Part shown: piece by piece, positions 35,241-47,204 of the stretch
Layout of the letters: every line of letters starts with the position of its first letter
Position numbering within the stretch: the stretch's first letter is position 1
Source of the DNA: Guillardia theta CCMP2712
Taxonomy: Eukaryota > Protista > Cryptophyta
Assembly (NCBI RefSeq): GCF_000315625.1
Contig: NW_005434525.1
Span: 64,282 to 128,281 of the forward strand
Length of the DNA stretch: 64,000 nt
Reading direction: 5' to 3'
Made by a program: the position numbers and the translations under genes
The notes under the pieces: model-generated
Database searches by the model: none
The model's input: only the letters and a program-made list of their open reading frames with translations
What the model was told of the DNA's origin: nothing

Positions 35241-36075
35241 CCTTATTCCATGACGCTGTGGTGGCAAGCTGAGACAAGCGACGGCAGGGAGTCAGTAGTG
35301 TTGTAGTCAGCTAGGTTGACCTGCCTATGCCTATGCTGCAAGGTGATGCACAGTGATTAAGGCTTGGGGGCCGTGCATCATCTCCCCTTGAAGCAGCAAT
35401 TTTAGAATCAATACAAGCATGCAGATAACCTATGAGCCGCTTCCCGCCTCTGTCCTCCACAGAATCTCCGCTCGCCTCCTACTAGTGACTGGCTCCCATC
35501 CAGGCTCCTGTCAGTCTCTCGTCCTCTCCTGCTTGCCAGGCTGGCTCCCGTCAGTCTCCCGTCTAGGCTTGAATTCCTATGAATTCATATGAACCTGCAG
35601 CGCAGCCTCTCACATATCATGGGCAAAGAATCATCCAAAACTCGCATGAGATTCACAAAAAACCACGAGCTTCTGCTGGTCTTGCGTCCTGGTGACGTAT
35701 GAGCCTGCATCGCGAGATCAGAAATTGGGTGCGCATGCGTTCATCAGAAAATCAGCGACTACCTAGTAAAACAGGGCTAGCGTGCAGAAATGTCACATCT
35801 GACCCCGAAATCCCATTTCAAGACATCCGAATGGGGGTCAGAGCATGCAAGAAGCATCCCAAACGGCCCACGGGAAGCGTTGGAAGCGTTCCCCTCCCCT
35901 TGCTGCAGCCTCCCATCGAGCGGTTGCATCGAGTACCCCACCTCTTCAAGATTAAGAGTAGGGGGTGGGGGGTATTGGTCACTGAGTGGAAATTTATCAT
36001 ACTGGTTCGGCAAAAAAAATCGGCCCGAGGGGAGGGCGGCCGCGAAGGGCCCGGACTCCTGTAAGAACTCGGATA

Positions 36076-36092
36076 AGGGTTTAGGGTTTAGG
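36076..36092 (+). repeat. Interstitial telomeric repeat (TTTAGGG)n, proximal boundary of the array
   Basis: AGGGTTTAGGGTTTAGG. Confidence 0.85.
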
Positions 36093-38315
36093 AGGCGCCG
36101 GTTATTTCAGGCACCATGGCTGCACGCGTGGTGTAGGGGAAGCCGCCAGGGCGCCAAGGAAGCTGCAAGCGAGAGGTTTGTATAGTTTATCAGCTTTCTA
36201 AGTATGGTTCTTCAGTATGATGAAAATGTTCGAAGTTCGCAACCTGCTGTATCGGAGATCATGCCAATACACGCAGAGCGGACTTGTGGATGCCTCTGTC
36301 CTCGAAGCTGATCTCGTCGAGAGGGTGAAGAGCTTCGCGAAGCGTTATCCGAACAGCAGGACAGCCCAGGCTTGCAAGGCTGTGGAGGGATGCACCCCCG
36401 ACGCTATCGCAGAAGCCATCCGCTCGACATGTCAGCAGGCACGACGTGAGCTTCTGCAAGAAGCAATGACTGGATGGAGTGACGCATCCAACGAGGTGAC
36501 TTCCTTCATCTCCATGACTCTCCTGGGCATCTCCTCGGTGTATGTCAACCATGAAGAGAAGCTGAAGAAGAAATTCGAAGAGATCGGACTGATCGTAGAC
36601 TCAGTGCAAGAGAGTAAAGCAATCATGTGGAAGGCTCCGTATAGACCCGAGATAGCGAGTGCTGATGAGATCCCGGTGACTGTTTCCGACTTCCTCCGCA
36701 ATGCACAAGCGGAGAAGCTCTGGCAGGGAAGAGAGGACTTCGCGATCGATGGTCGCAAGTTCACAGCTGTACATGTGAGCATCGTGCAGCATGACAACAG
36801 CAGAGATTGCTGACGTCTACCGCTATCAGCTGCTGGGCCAGTCCCTTGCAGCGGTCCAACTCCAGCGGCCGCTGGCAGGCGTCATCTGGAGACAGAGGGA
36901 GGTGGAGTGGATCGTCTCCTCGAGCTGCCCAGAGGCGAATGATACAGCCTCGGCATTTCGAGCTTTCCGAGAGAGCGAAGCGATGGAGGGAGTACACCTG
37001 ACTCTGTTCAGCCGCGGCGAGGACCCGAAGATCAGAGAGGCGCTCGCAGTCGAGCTGAGCTGACAGCTGATCGCTTTGTGTCCAGAAACAAGTTGAAGAA
37101 GGCATCAAGGATGCAGAAGAAGGCAGGCGGCAAGGACGGCAAGGAGATCAAGATCATCATCAAGTCTCGCTTCACGAGGAAGGAGATGGAGGGGCTGTGC
37201 AACGGCGGCAACACGTCCATCGCAAGAGTCAAGAGAGTCTTGTTGGAGATCGCTAACAGGCTCGAGATCAAAGTTGAAGGCATCGACATGGAGGAGGATT
37301 TGAACACCAAGTCCTGGAACGGGTCCAAGCTATGCATACTCCTCGGCTCCACGGAGGATGCTCGACGCATGATGAAGGAGCTGCCCTTCTATCTCGAAGG
37401 CGCAGCAACCAAGCTCGAAGCAGTCACGGACCCGGCGGCTTCGACATGGAGCCTGAGGCAGCTGGTCAGCGGGGCACCAGCGACGCAGCGCAGCGACAGG
37501 AGGAGAGCGAGGGAGAGTGGCTGGAGTTTACAGACCTGGAGAGGATCACAATGGAGGCAGCATCTCCTTCAAGCCAAGAGGACATGCAGCTCGTCAGCGA
37601 GCTGTCAGCAGTCATCGAAGATGAGACGGGGACGAGCGAGCCGATCAAGCTGGTCCTGGACAAGGCTGTTGGCAACCTCCACGACACCTTCTACTCTCCG
37701 GGGAGCCTGGAGTTCATGTCGCTGGGAGAGTGGGCGAAGACGCCAGAGGAGCAGGGAGTGGGACGCAACGTTCTCAAGCCCTGAGAAGCTGGGGGAGTGG
37801 CTGCAGAGCAAGCGCTGGACTCGCGTGCAAGGAGAGAGCAAGAAGGCAAGGAGGGGCAGCGCGTTCTCGCCACGGGCAACGGCAGCTGCTGAGCTTGAGC
37901 AGCCTGGAGGCGGAGAGCGACGACATAGAGCGTCGATCTCTTAGCTTCCTGTTCATAGCACTGAGTAAATTCGCAGAGATGCATGTGCTGGCCTGCTCGC
38001 TGAAGGTGGACAACTTGCAAGAAGGACCGGCGACTGCGGGTGGAGATGAGGGAAGATGATGAAGAAGAGGAAGACATGTCATGGAAGAAGAGCAAGGCGA
38101 GGGCGAGGAAGAAGACGGGGCGAGCCCGTACCGAGCTTGAGCTGAGCTCAAGGTAAGGAGAGAAGGTAGGAGGCGACCGAAGGCCAAGGTGAGGAGAGGC
38201 AACTCTCCTGACTGAGGCTGAGGAAGCTGAACAGAGGAGAAGTGTGAGGGCTGATAAGCAGCTTGAACAACATTCTAGCATTCTAATAAACTCACATAAT
38301 AATAATAATAATCAT
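36093..38315 (+). mobile_element. Family A ORF1-only non-LTR element, copy A1 (degenerate)
   Basis: One 19-mer at the 5' end, ORF broken into 36217-36813, 36791-37063, 37078.. and 37332.., and the 3' end TCTAATAAACTCAC(AAT)n. Confidence 0.9.
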
Positions 38316-38327
38316 AGGGTTTAGGGT
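38316..38327 (+). repeat. Telomeric repeat tract
   Basis: AGGGTTTAGGGT. Confidence 0.75.
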
Positions 38328-38332
38328 ATAGA

Positions 38333-38988
38333 GGTTCCTTATTTCCTGGCAGGTTCCTTATTTCCTGGCAGGTTCCTTATTTCCTGGCAGGTTCCTTATT
38401 TCCTGGCAGGTTCCTTATTTCCTGGCAGGTTCCTTATTTCCTGGCAGGTTCCTTATTTCCTGGCAGGTTCCTTATTTCCTGGCAGGTTCCTTATTTCCTG
38501 GCAGGTTCCTTATTTCCTGGCAGGTTCCTTATTTCCTGGCAGGTTCCTTATTTCCTGGCAGGTTCCTTATTTCCTGGCAGGTTCCTTATTTCCTGGCAGG
38601 TTCCTTATTTCCTGGCAGGTTCCTTATTTCCTGGCAGGTTCCTTATTTCCTGGCAGGTTCCTTATTTCCTGGCAGGTTCCTTATTTCCTGGCAGGTTCCT
38701 TATTTCCTGGCAGGTTCCTTATTTCCTGGCAGGTTCCTTATTTCCTGGCAGGTTCCTTATTTCCTGGCAGGTTCCTTATTTCCTGGCAGGTTCCTTATTT
38801 CCTGGCAGGTTCCTTATTTCCTGGCAGGTTCCTTATTTCCTGGCAGGTTCCTTATTTCCTGGCAGGTTCCTTATTTCCTGGCAGGTTCCTTATTTCCTGG
38901 CAGGTTCCTTATTTCCTGGCAGGTTCCTTATTTCCTGGCAGGTTCCTTATTTCCTGGCAGGTTCCTTATTTCCTGGCAGGTTCCTTAT
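38333..38988 (+). repeat. Tandem array of the family-B 5' 19-mer GGTTCCTTATTTCCTGGCA, about 34.5 copies
   Basis: Perfect 19-bp periodicity ending in the partial unit GGTTCCTTAT. Confidence 0.97.
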
Positions 38989-40968
38989 AGACTTACAAAC
39001 CTTAGATACCCTCTGGACCAGAGCATTCAAAAGAGCTATGGGATTGAGCAAGAGTACAAGCAACGCTATCTTTCACCTACCTTGGGACAGAGGAGGCCTC
39101 CAACTCCCCCATCCAGCACCCATCTTGGGAAGGGCGGCGATTCGGTATCTAGAGAAAGAAACGAATAAGAAATGCAGGGTGGATGATGATATCAAAAGCA
39201 GTCTGATACACAAACTAACATCATGGTGCAACCAATGGGGGTGTCAAACAATAAACCAGCTACACGTTCTCTTTGAGTCTGCCCGATCTGATTTCTCGTT
39301 AGCGGAAAAAATGCAGACCACCATCAGTTGGGAAATGATTGAAAGCAAGATGAAACCGGGGACAATAGCCATCTTACACGACCTGGAGGACAAGATGCTC
39401 TCAGAAGAAAACTCCCTGCTGTCCGGAGAAAACTCCCTACCTACATCTCCTGCTCGGCAAGGCTGGGAGAGTTTTGCAAAGGCATGGAGACTACTGCCCC
39501 AAGTAGGCTTCCACTCCATGACAAGTGTCTTACCCGTCCCAGACACCGAGGGCATCTCCCTGCACCTGCCCATCCGACTCTGGCCATTCCCAAAGCAAAG
39601 GGAACAAGCAGAAGAAATCCTTGCACAATATCTGCAAGCGAATGTCATCTGGGCAAAACTCGGACTTGAGCAGGCAGGAACAGGGAAGAGAAGAAGGCCA
39701 GCCAGGGAGGAGGGGAAGCCCCCAAACAAGACAAGGAAAGGAAAAAGGGAGGCTAGCCCACATTAACTTCAGCCACACAAGAAACTAGCCAGACCGGACC
39801 AAGGGAGAGAGGAGACGAATACGAAGGCTTGTACCCGGGTAATTTTGAGGCGGTGGCTCCAACATGACCCCACCTGTTATGATGAAGGAGGGAATCAGCA
39901 AGAAAGATTCAGCCACACTTCAAGCAACATACCTTTCAAAGTTCAAGGGAACATAGCCATCTTTGAGCGATCTCAAATTGAAGAAAGCAAGACCGTGGAT
40001 CCACCAATAGAATGGTTGGAAGCGTCGCTGGACTCGGCTCCCTTCGCATCTGCAACAAGGGAAGAGGACGGTAATAACCGAAGAGACTGCAATCAAAGCA
40101 TCCATCTGCTGCTGGAAATAGTTAATGCATTGGACGACGGCGAAACAGAAGCTACAGCATGGTGGCAACAACTCGAGGAGGTAGTATCAGAGGTTCGCCA
40201 AGAAACAACACAACCATTGGCATACGAGTTTTTACAACATTTAGCAGAGATTACAGAATGCGACATCAGTACATTTTGTAACTGGCCTACCATACACACA
40301 CATCCCCAGGCTCTGGGCAAAAAGAGAGCAAGGGAACTGCACAGAGTGGTGGTTTGGATGGACAAACAAAAGAGATTTCGTGAACAAATCCTGGATACAA
40401 TACATGTCATTCTGATAGGATGGAAGAATAACATTGATGAGATACCAGAAGGTTTTGAAATTATCAGCCGGGTCCCGAAAGGCGCTCAAATAGCTTATGC
40501 AGCAAACTTCTTGCAAACAGGGAATAGGTGCTTGACGAAAACTGTAGAGGAGTTATGGATACTAGTTAGGCACACACTCCCAACACACTTACGAGACCAG
40601 CTCCAGGACAACATCCTCCCAACGTATGAGGAGCTGTGTAACAGACGAAGGGATCAGATCCAGCCGCGCAGCAATCATCAAGGCGGAAGGCATTTCACAG
40701 CAGCTATTGAAGGAGACATCACGCAGGGCAGAAAAAACAGATCCATGCGAATAGGATATGTTCTCCAACAAAAAGAGATGACGTCAGGAGGAGGGATGAA
40801 AATCAATGGGAAGTGCAGCATCATCCGAGCGAACACAATCGCAATTGGCTTACTTCTGCAACATGTCCTTGAGGAAGGAATACAGATCAAAAGGGGAAAT
40901 CAAGTCACAATAATGTACCAGTCCACACGTTTCCACCGCTTTATGACAAATACGTTGCGAATGGATAC

Positions 40969-41895
40969 ATGCGATACGAAGACGAACTGCTGGAGGACTT
41001 ACATGATCGGTTACTCACTTGCATGAAGAAACTCGAAGGGAGGGGAATCAGGATCCGACTCCAACTAGCAAAAGAATCTCAGAGACACATTCAAGAGGCC
41101 AAAGAAATGGCCAAGCAAGGAAAACAAGCATTTGCCTCGGGATGGGAGAAAGCAATCTACGATAGCCCAATGGAATTCATCATTGCAGGAGAAGAAAATC
41201 CTACATCAGGAGCGGGAGACCTCACCTTGACAGAGAAATTCATGCTCGAAATGCATGTGGGAAGAGATTTACTAGGGAAAGCGTCCAAACAATGCGAAGG
41301 GTCAGTTACGCGAACAGCTATCCAAGCGATCACCTTCTCAGCACCGACGAGGAAGAAGCTCTTTCAATGGGGGAAGACTAACTCACCATGTTGGAAGAAG
41401 ATCAAGGTAAGACTGCAGCAGAGCTGGAGGAAACAAAGGGTACAGGTCAATTCATGGTGGGACACTCCAATACGCATCGTGATGGAAGCGATGGGGACTT
41501 CAATGCACCGAGAAGGGCAATGGATACCAGACGGTTGCTGCTACTTTGCAAGCATCAAACGCATTGTCCTCATCGAATTTGCAAGGACATCGGAATATGA
41601 CGGAGTCGAACAAACAAGTCTGGAATGCCTGAAGAAGAAATTTCAGGAAAAGGAAGAGAAATATGCCCCCCTACGAGCAGAAATCACAGCTTTGCTACCT
41701 GACCATGAAGTGGAACAAGCAACATTCATAGCAGGAGTGAAAGGATCGATCATGGAGAGGGAATGGCATGAGAATTTCAGGAGGCTAAGGGTGGATGACA
41801 CGGAATGGGAAGGCATCAAGACAGCAGCAATCAAGCAACTGCTGGCGGTACAACATACGCTATGGACGGCAAGAAGGGTAAGAGAGTCGATGTAG
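40969..41895 (+). pseudogene. C-terminal RNase H tail plus restriction-like endonuclease of family B
   Basis: PD-x14-E motif, K..KY..L and F..G..G as in RLE domains of non-LTR elements. The CCHC knuckle expected after WGKTNSPC is absent, apparently deleted. Confidence 0.8.
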
Positions 41896-42263
41896 TCCGA
41901 TGGGGGCAGGCGCGGCTCATGGGCAAGCCACCCATGGCGCATGGTCAGGGAAGAAGAGAAGGGCTAGCCAGCAGGAGAAGGTACAGCCTTGCCACAGTGG
42001 GCGACTGCATGTTGGGGGGGGAAGGGGCAGGAAGGTACAACGGAACTTAGCGAAAATAAGGAAGGGGACCGGGATCGGAATTGGAACGGGCCCGGAGGAC
42101 ATCGTTACTGAAAACAACTAATACGGAAGCACCCAGGCCTAAGGGGCCTATAGGAAAATGGGCCAACCTCCCAAGGTTGGGAACCCCTTAGACGGATCAT
42201 TAGGCGAGAGATGAGCGAAGAGCAATAGTTCTTAGCTATGAAACTCTTGACTAAGAGTCTAAT

Positions 42264-42273
42264 AGGGTTAAAG

Positions 42274-42306
<33 letters not shown>

Positions 42307-42345
42307 TAGGGTTTAGGGTTTAGGGTTTTAGGGTTTAGGGTTTAG
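42264..42345 (+). repeat. Telomeric tract with TTAGGG, TTTAGGG and TTTTAGGG variants
   Basis: Read directly from the sequence. Confidence 0.95.
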
Positions 42346-42346
42346 A

Positions 42347-45028
42347 GCGCCGGTTATTTCAGGCAGCGCCGGTTATTTCAGGCAGCGCCGGTTATTTCAG
42401 GCAGCGCCGGTTATTTCAGGCAGCGCCGGTTATTTCAGGCAGCGCCGGTTATTTCAGGCAGCGCCGGTTATTTCAGGCACCATGGCTGCACGCGTGGTGT
42501 AGGGGAAGCCGCCAGGGCGCCAATGCCAATACACGCAGCGCGGACTTGTGGATGCCTCTGTCCTCGAAGCTGATCTCGTCGAGAGGGTGAAGAGCTTCGC
42601 GAAGCGTTATCCGAACAGCAGGACAGCCCAGGCTTGCAAGGCTGTGGAGGGATGCACCCCCGACGCTATCGCAGAAGCCATCCGCTCGACATGTCAGCAG
42701 GCACGACGTGAGCTTCTGCAAGAAGCAATGACTGGATGGAGTGACGCATCCAGAGAGTGGTTTATGAGGCAGATTGAAGAAGCCAAGAAGGAGAAGGTCG
42801 AGACATACACAGCCACAGCAGGCAACGAGGTGACTTCCTTCATCTCCACGGTGTATGTCAACCATGAAGAGAAGCTGAAGAAGAAATTCGAAGAGATCGG
42901 ACTGATCGTAGACTCAGTGCAAGAGAGTAAAGCAATCATGTGGAAGGCTCCGTATAGACCCGAGATAGCGAGTGCTGATGAGATCCCGGTGACTGTTTCC
43001 TTCCTCCGCAATGCACAAGCGGAGAAGCTCTGGCAGGGAAGAGAGGACTTCGCGATCGATGGTCGCAAGTTCACAGCTGTACATGTGAGCATCGTGCACG
43101 ATCGATCTTTCAAGATTCGAGCCAAGAGAGGACCCTGGGGCAAAGGGGGCAGCTTGGCAGAGCTGACCCACCTGCTAACCTTGGGCGGCATGACAACAGC
43201 CGAAATAGCTGCCGTCTATCGCTATCAGCTGCTGCGCCAGTCCCTTGCAGCGGTCCAACTCCAGCCGCTGGCAGGCATGCTGGTCGCTGGGGCGCCAGGC
43301 CAGCAAGTCCACAAAGGCTTAGGTCAGAAAGGCTTCGTCGCTGTAGGGGCCAACGTCATCTGGAGACAGAGGGAGGTGGAGTGGATCGTCTCCTCGAGCT
43401 GCCCAGAGGCGAATGATACAGCCTCGGCATTTCGAGCTTTCCGAGAGAGCGAAGCGATGGAGGGAGTACACCTGACTCTGTTCAGCGAGGACCCGAAGAT
43501 CAGAGAGGCGCTCGCAGTCGAGTTGACAGCTGATCGCTTTGTGTCCAGAAATAAGTTGAAGAAGGCATCAAGGCTGCAGAAGAAGGCAGGCGGCAAGGAC
43601 GGCAAGGAGATCAAGATCATCATCAAGTCGACGGCGGCATCTGGTCGCTTCACGAGGAAGGAGATGGAGGGGCTGTGCAACGGCGGCAACACGTCCATCG
43701 CAAGAGTCAAGAGAGTCTTGTTGGAGATCGCTAACAGGCTCGAGATCAAAGTTGAAGGCATCGACATGGAGGAGGATTTGAACACCAAGTCCTGGAACGG
43801 GTCCAAGCTATGCATCCTCCTCGGCTCCACGGAGGATGCTCGATGCATGATGAAGGAGCTGCCCTTCTATCTCGAAGGCGCAGCAACCAAGCTCGAAGCA
43901 GTCGGCTTCGACAAGGAGCCTGAGGCGGCTGGTCAGCGGGGCACTAGCGACGCAGCGCAGCGACAGGAGGAGAGCGAGGGAGAGTGGCTGGAGTTTACAG
44001 ACCTGGAGAGGATCACAATGGAGGCAGCATCTCCGTCAAGCCAAGAGGACATGCAGCTCGTCAGCGAGCTGTCAGCAGTCATCGAAGATGCAACTTCTTT
44101 GAACGAGGCGGGGACGAGCGAGCCAATCAAGCTGGTCCTGGACAAGGCCGTTGGCAACCTCCACGACACCTTCTACTCTCCGGGGAGCCTGGAGTTCATG
44201 TCGCTGGGAGAGTGGGCGAAGACGCCAGAGGAGCAGGGAGTGGGACGCAACGCGCTCAAGGAGAAGCTGGGGAAGTGGCTGCAGAGCAAGCGCTGGACTC
44301 GCGTGCAAGGAGAGAGCAAGAAGGCAAGGAGGGGCAGCGCGTTCTCGCCACGGGCAACGGCAGCTGCTGAGCTTGAGCAGCCTGGAGGCGGAGAGCGACG
44401 ACATAGAGCGTCGATCTCTTAGCTTCCTGTTCATAGCACTGAGTAAATTCGCAGAGATGCATGTGCTGGCCTGCTCGCTGAAGGTGGACAAGAAGGACCG
44501 ACTGCGGGTGGAGATGAGGGAAGATGACGAAGAAGAGGAAGACATTGAGGAAGAGCAAGGCGAGGGCGAGGAAGAAGACGGGTCGAGCCCGTACCGAGCT
44601 TGAGCTGAGCTCAAGGTAAGGAGAGAAGGTAGGAGGCGACCGAAGGCCAAGGTGAGGAGAGGCAACTCTCCTGACTGAGGCTGAGGAAGCTGAATGGAGA
44701 TAGAGTAGGTGCCAGTGGCGACCCGGAAGGCCAAGGTGAGGAGAGGCAACTCTCCTGACTGAGGCTGAGGAAGCTGAATGGAGGTAGAGTAGCTGTCGAC
44801 CGAAGGCCAAGGTGAGGAGAGGCAACTCTCCTGACTGAGGCTGAGGAAGCCAAGAGAAGACAGCAGAAGTAGAGAGTAGAAAGACGCCTCAGAAGCAGGG
44901 TTCGCATTGTAGGCCGTGTATTCCCAGTGCTCGCGCGCCTCATTAGACTAGGATCAAATTGCAAAGCCCACAACGAGGCCGAGCAACATTCTAGCATTCT
45001 AATAAACTCACATAATAATAATAATAAT
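42347..45028 (+). mobile_element. Family A copy A2 (7 x 19-mer, deleted ORF start, late frameshift)
   Basis: 7 copies of GCGCCGGTTATTTCAGGCA at 42347-42479, ORF 42548-44422, three 3'UTR repeats and an (AAT)n tail. Confidence 0.92.
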
Positions 45029-45065
45029 AGGGTTTAGGGTTTAGGGTTTAGGGTTTAGGGTTTAG
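45029..45065 (+). repeat. Telomeric tract
   Basis: About 5 copies of TTTAGGG. Confidence 0.95.
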
Positions 45066-45405
45066 AGGTGGGCGAATGGGGGGGAAGGGGCAGGACAGGC
45101 GCAGCTCAAGGTCATGGAGGGAAGAGGTGGGCGACTGAGGAGGGAAGGGGCAGGAGGGGAGGGAGGCATGGCAACGACACTTTGTGAAAATAGGGAAAGG
45201 AACCGGGATCGGACTTGCGACGGGCCCGAAGGACATCAGTACTGAAAATACCTAATACGGAAGCACCCAGGCCTAAGGGGCCTATAGGACAACGGGCCAA
45301 CCTCCCAAGGTTGGAAACCCCTTTAGACATATCATTAGGCGAGAGATGAGCGAAGAGCAATAGTTCTTAGCTATGAAACTCTTGACTAAGAGTCTAATAA
45401 ACTCA

Positions 45406-45435
<30 letters not shown>
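45066..45435 (+). mobile_element. Heavily 5'-truncated family B copy (3'UTR and (AAT)n tail only)
   Basis: Similar to 41900-42263 and near-identical over the last ~200 bp; ends TCTAATAAACTCA(AAT)n. Confidence 0.9.
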
Positions 45436-45436
<1 letters not shown>

Positions 45437-45480
45437 GGGTTTAGGGTTTAAAGTTTAGGGTTTAGGGTTTAGGATTTAGG
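45436..45480 (+). repeat. Telomeric tract with variants
   Basis: TTTAGGG, TTTAAAG and TTTAGGA units. Confidence 0.9.
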
Positions 45481-46842
45481 AGGAAGGAGATGGAGGGGCT
45501 GTGCAACGGCGGCAACACGTCCATCGCAAGAGTCAAGAGAGTCTTGTTGGAGATCGCTAACAGGCTCGAGATCAAAGTTGAAGGCATCGACATGGAGGAG
45601 GATTTGAACACCAAGTCCTGGAACGGGTCCAAGCTATGCATACTCCTCGGCTCCACGGAGGATGCTCGATGCATGATGAAGGAGCTGCCCTTCTATCTCG
45701 AAGGCGCAGCAACCAAGCTCGAAGCAGTCGGCTTCGACAAGGAGCCTGAGGCGGCTGGTCAGCGGGGCACCAGCGACGCAGCGCAGCGACAGGAGGAGAG
45801 CGAGGGAGAGTGGCTGGAGTTTACAGACCTGGAGAGGATCACAATGGAGGCAGCATCTCCGTCAAGCCAAGAGGACATGCAGCTTGTCAGCGAGCTGTCA
45901 GCAGTCATCGAAGATGCAGCTTCTTTGAACGAGGCGGGGACGAGCGAGCCGATCAAGCTGGTCCTGGACAAGGCCGTTGGCAACCTCCACGACACCTTCT
46001 ACTCTCCGGGGAGCCTGGAGTACATGTCGCTGGGAGAGTGGGCGAAGACGCCAGAGGAGCAGGGAGTGGGACGCAACGCGCTCAAGGAGAAGCTGGGGAA
46101 GTGGCTGCAGAGCAAGCGCTGGACTCGCGTGCAAGGAGAGAGCAAGAAGGCAAGGAGGGGCAGCGCGTTCTCGCCACGGGCAACGGCAGCTGCTGAGCTT
46201 GAGCAGGAGGCGGAGAGCGACGACATAGAGCGTCGATCTCTTAGCTTCCTGTTCATAGCACTGAGTAAATTCGCAGAGATGCATGTGCTGGCCTGCTCGC
46301 TGAAGGTGGACAAGAAGGACCGACTGCGGGTGGAGATGAGGGAAGATGACGAAGAAGAGGAAGACATGGAGGAAGAGCAAGGCGAGGGCGAGGAAGAAGA
46401 CGGGGCGAGCCCGTACCGAGCTTGAGCTGAGCTCAAGGTAAGGAGAGAAGGTAGGAGGCGACCGAAGGCCAAGGTGAGGAGAGGCAACTCTCCTGACTGA
46501 GGCTGAGGAAGCTGAATGGAGGAGGAGTAGGTGGCGACCGAAGGCCAAGGTGAGGAGAGGCAACTCTCCTGACTGAGGCTGAGGAAGCTGAATGGAGGTA
46601 GAGTAGGTGGCGACCGAAGGCCAAGGTGAGGAGAGGCAACTCTCCTGACTGAGGCTGAGGAAGCCAAGAGAAGACAGCAGAAGTAGAGAGTAGAAAGACG
46701 CCTCAGAAGCAGGGTTCGCATTGTAGGCCGTGTACTCCCAGTGCTCGCGCGCCTCTTTAGACTAGGATCAAATTGCAGGCAGCGCCGGTTATTTCAGGCA
46801 CATTCTAGCATTCTAATAAACTCACATAATAATAAAAATAAT
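45481..46842 (+). mobile_element. 5'-truncated family A copy A3
   Basis: Begins mid-ORF (RKEMEGLCNGG) directly after TTTAGG and retains the 3' end, as expected for TPRT truncation. Confidence 0.92.
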
Positions 46843-46865
46843 AGGGTTTAGGGTTTAGGGTTTAG
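46843..46865 (+). repeat. Telomeric tract
   Basis: About 3 copies of TTTAGGG. Confidence 0.9.
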
Positions 46866-47204
46866 TGCGCCGGTTATTTCAGGCAGCGCCGGTTATTTCA
46901 GGCAGCGCCGGTTATTTCAGGCAGCGCCGGTTATTTCAGGCAGCGCCGGTTATTTCAGGCAGCGCCGGTTATTTCAGGCAGCGCCGGTTATTTCAGGCAG
47001 CGCCGGTTATTTCAGGCAGCGCCGGTTATTTCAGGCAGCGCCGGTTATTTCAGGCAGCGCCGGTTATTTCAGGCAGCGCCGGTTATTTCAGGCAGCGCCG
47101 GTTATTTCAGGCACCATGGCTGCACGCGTGGTGTAGGGGAAGCTGCCAGGGCGCCAAGGAAGCTGCAAGCGAGAGGTTTGTATACTTCAAATAGCTTTCT
47201 AAGT

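Larger units (their letters stand above)
38333..42263 (+). mobile_element. Family B (Dualen-like) LINE copy B1: 5' repeat array fused to the 3' part (RT thumb, degenerate RNase H, RLE, 3'UTR)
   Basis: LDTLWTRAFKRAMGLSKSTSNAIFHLPWDRGGLQLP is a post-RT thumb motif. An RNase H-like fold spans ~40690-41125. WIPDG...IVLIEFART...KEEKYAPL...FIAGVKGSI is an RLE motif set. The copy is frameshifted and ends TCTAAT followed by telomeric repeat. Confidence 0.85.

Noticed and set aside
38333-38988. 19-bp arrays as CRISPR
   Set aside because: Units are contiguous with no spacers, no cas genes are present and the context is eukaryotic.
46865-47194. Repetitive ORF (RRLFQAAPVISGSAGYFRQ)n
   Set aside because: An incidental translation of the 19-mer array, which has no stop codon on this strand.
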